From: Scyliorhinus canicula | Lineage: Eukaryota | DNA length: 64,000 nt | Reading direction: 5' to 3' | Assembly (NCBI RefSeq): GCF_902713615.1 | Contig: NC_052156.1 | Location: 30,159,287 to 30,223,286, forward strand | Shown here: positions 63,401 to 64,000 of the stretch, in pieces | Layout of the letters: each line of letters starts with the position of its first letter | How positions within the stretch are numbered: position 1 is the stretch's first letter | Made by a program: the position numbers and the translations under genes | Notes under the pieces: generated by a model | Database searches by the model: none | Seen by the model: only the letters and a program-made list of their open reading frames with translations | What the model was told of the DNA's origin: nothing

Positions 63401-64000
63401 CCATTTCTGCCCCATCTCTATCCATGTCTCCGTGATGGCCACCACATCGTAGTCCCAAGTACCGACCCATGCCTTAAGTTCACCCACCTTATTCCTGATG
63501 CTTCTTGCATTGAAGTATACACACTTCAACCCATCTCCTTGCTGCAAGTACTCTCCTTTGTCAGTGTTACCTTCCCCACTGTATCATTACGTGCTTTGGC
63601 GTCCTGAATATCGGCTTCCTTAGTTGCTGGACTACAAATCCGGTTCCCATTCCCCAGCCAAATTAATTTAAACCCTCCCGAAGACTACTAGAAAACCTCC
63701 CCCCCAGGATATTGGTGCCCCTCTGGTTCAGATGCAACCTGTCCTGCTTGTACAGGTCCCATCTTCCCCAGAATGCGTTCCAATTATCCAAATACCTGAA
63801 GCCCTCCCTCCTACACCATTCCTGCAGCCACGTGTTCAACTGCACTCTCTCCCTATTCCTAGCCTCGCTATCATGTGGCACCGGCAACAAACCAGAGATG
63901 ACAACTCTGTCTGTCCTGCCTTTAACATCCAGCCTAACTCCCTAAACTTGTTTATTACCTCCACACCCCTTGCCCTACCTATGTCGTTGGTACCAATGTG
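60460..64000 (-). mobile_element. Long CR1-clade LINE (ORF1 esterase end plus frameshifted ORF2) running off the window edge
   Basis: ORF1 DLYKQDRLHLN (SGNH-like); ORF2 motifs YFNARS, ITETW, MGDFN, SDH, DFSKAFDKV, QGSVLGP, KFADD. A SINE sits in the 3' UTR at about 60528-60747. Confidence 0.9.

Overview
Eukaryotic DNA from a cartilaginous fish. The repeat families suggest a shark, probably a catshark; this is an inference. Two spliced genes lie head-to-head. MKRN2OS is on the minus strand (4 coding exons, 362-6140, about 214 aa). MKRN2 (makorin-2; C3H zinc fingers plus RING E3 ligase) is on the plus strand (8 coding exons, 11389-40724, about 441 aa) and starts in a CpG-rich promoter at about 11.1-11.6 kb. 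Introns and intergenic DNA are dense with transposable elements: HE1/V-SINEs, DeuSINE-type SINEs, many CR1 fragments, a full-length L1-clade element nested in the LTR of an old Gypsy-like element, Rex1/Babar and RTE fragments, a solo LTR and MITEs. The most notable observations are: (1) a 260-bp insertion with a 12-bp target-site duplication (TSD) that forms a perfect 110-bp-arm palindrome, with a Penelope-type hammerhead-ribozyme motif in each arm; (2) a near-identical duplicate of the 3' half of the MKRN2 RING exon plus its donor site, which could act as an in-frame RING-dead or a poison alternative exon; (3) a GC-AG intron immediately upstream of that duplicate; (4) one SINE body carrying interchangeable 3' tails. 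No RAF1 coding exon was seen in the 23 kb after the MKRN2 stop codon. All family assignments are by eye; no database search was run, and repeat boundaries without a TSD are approximate.
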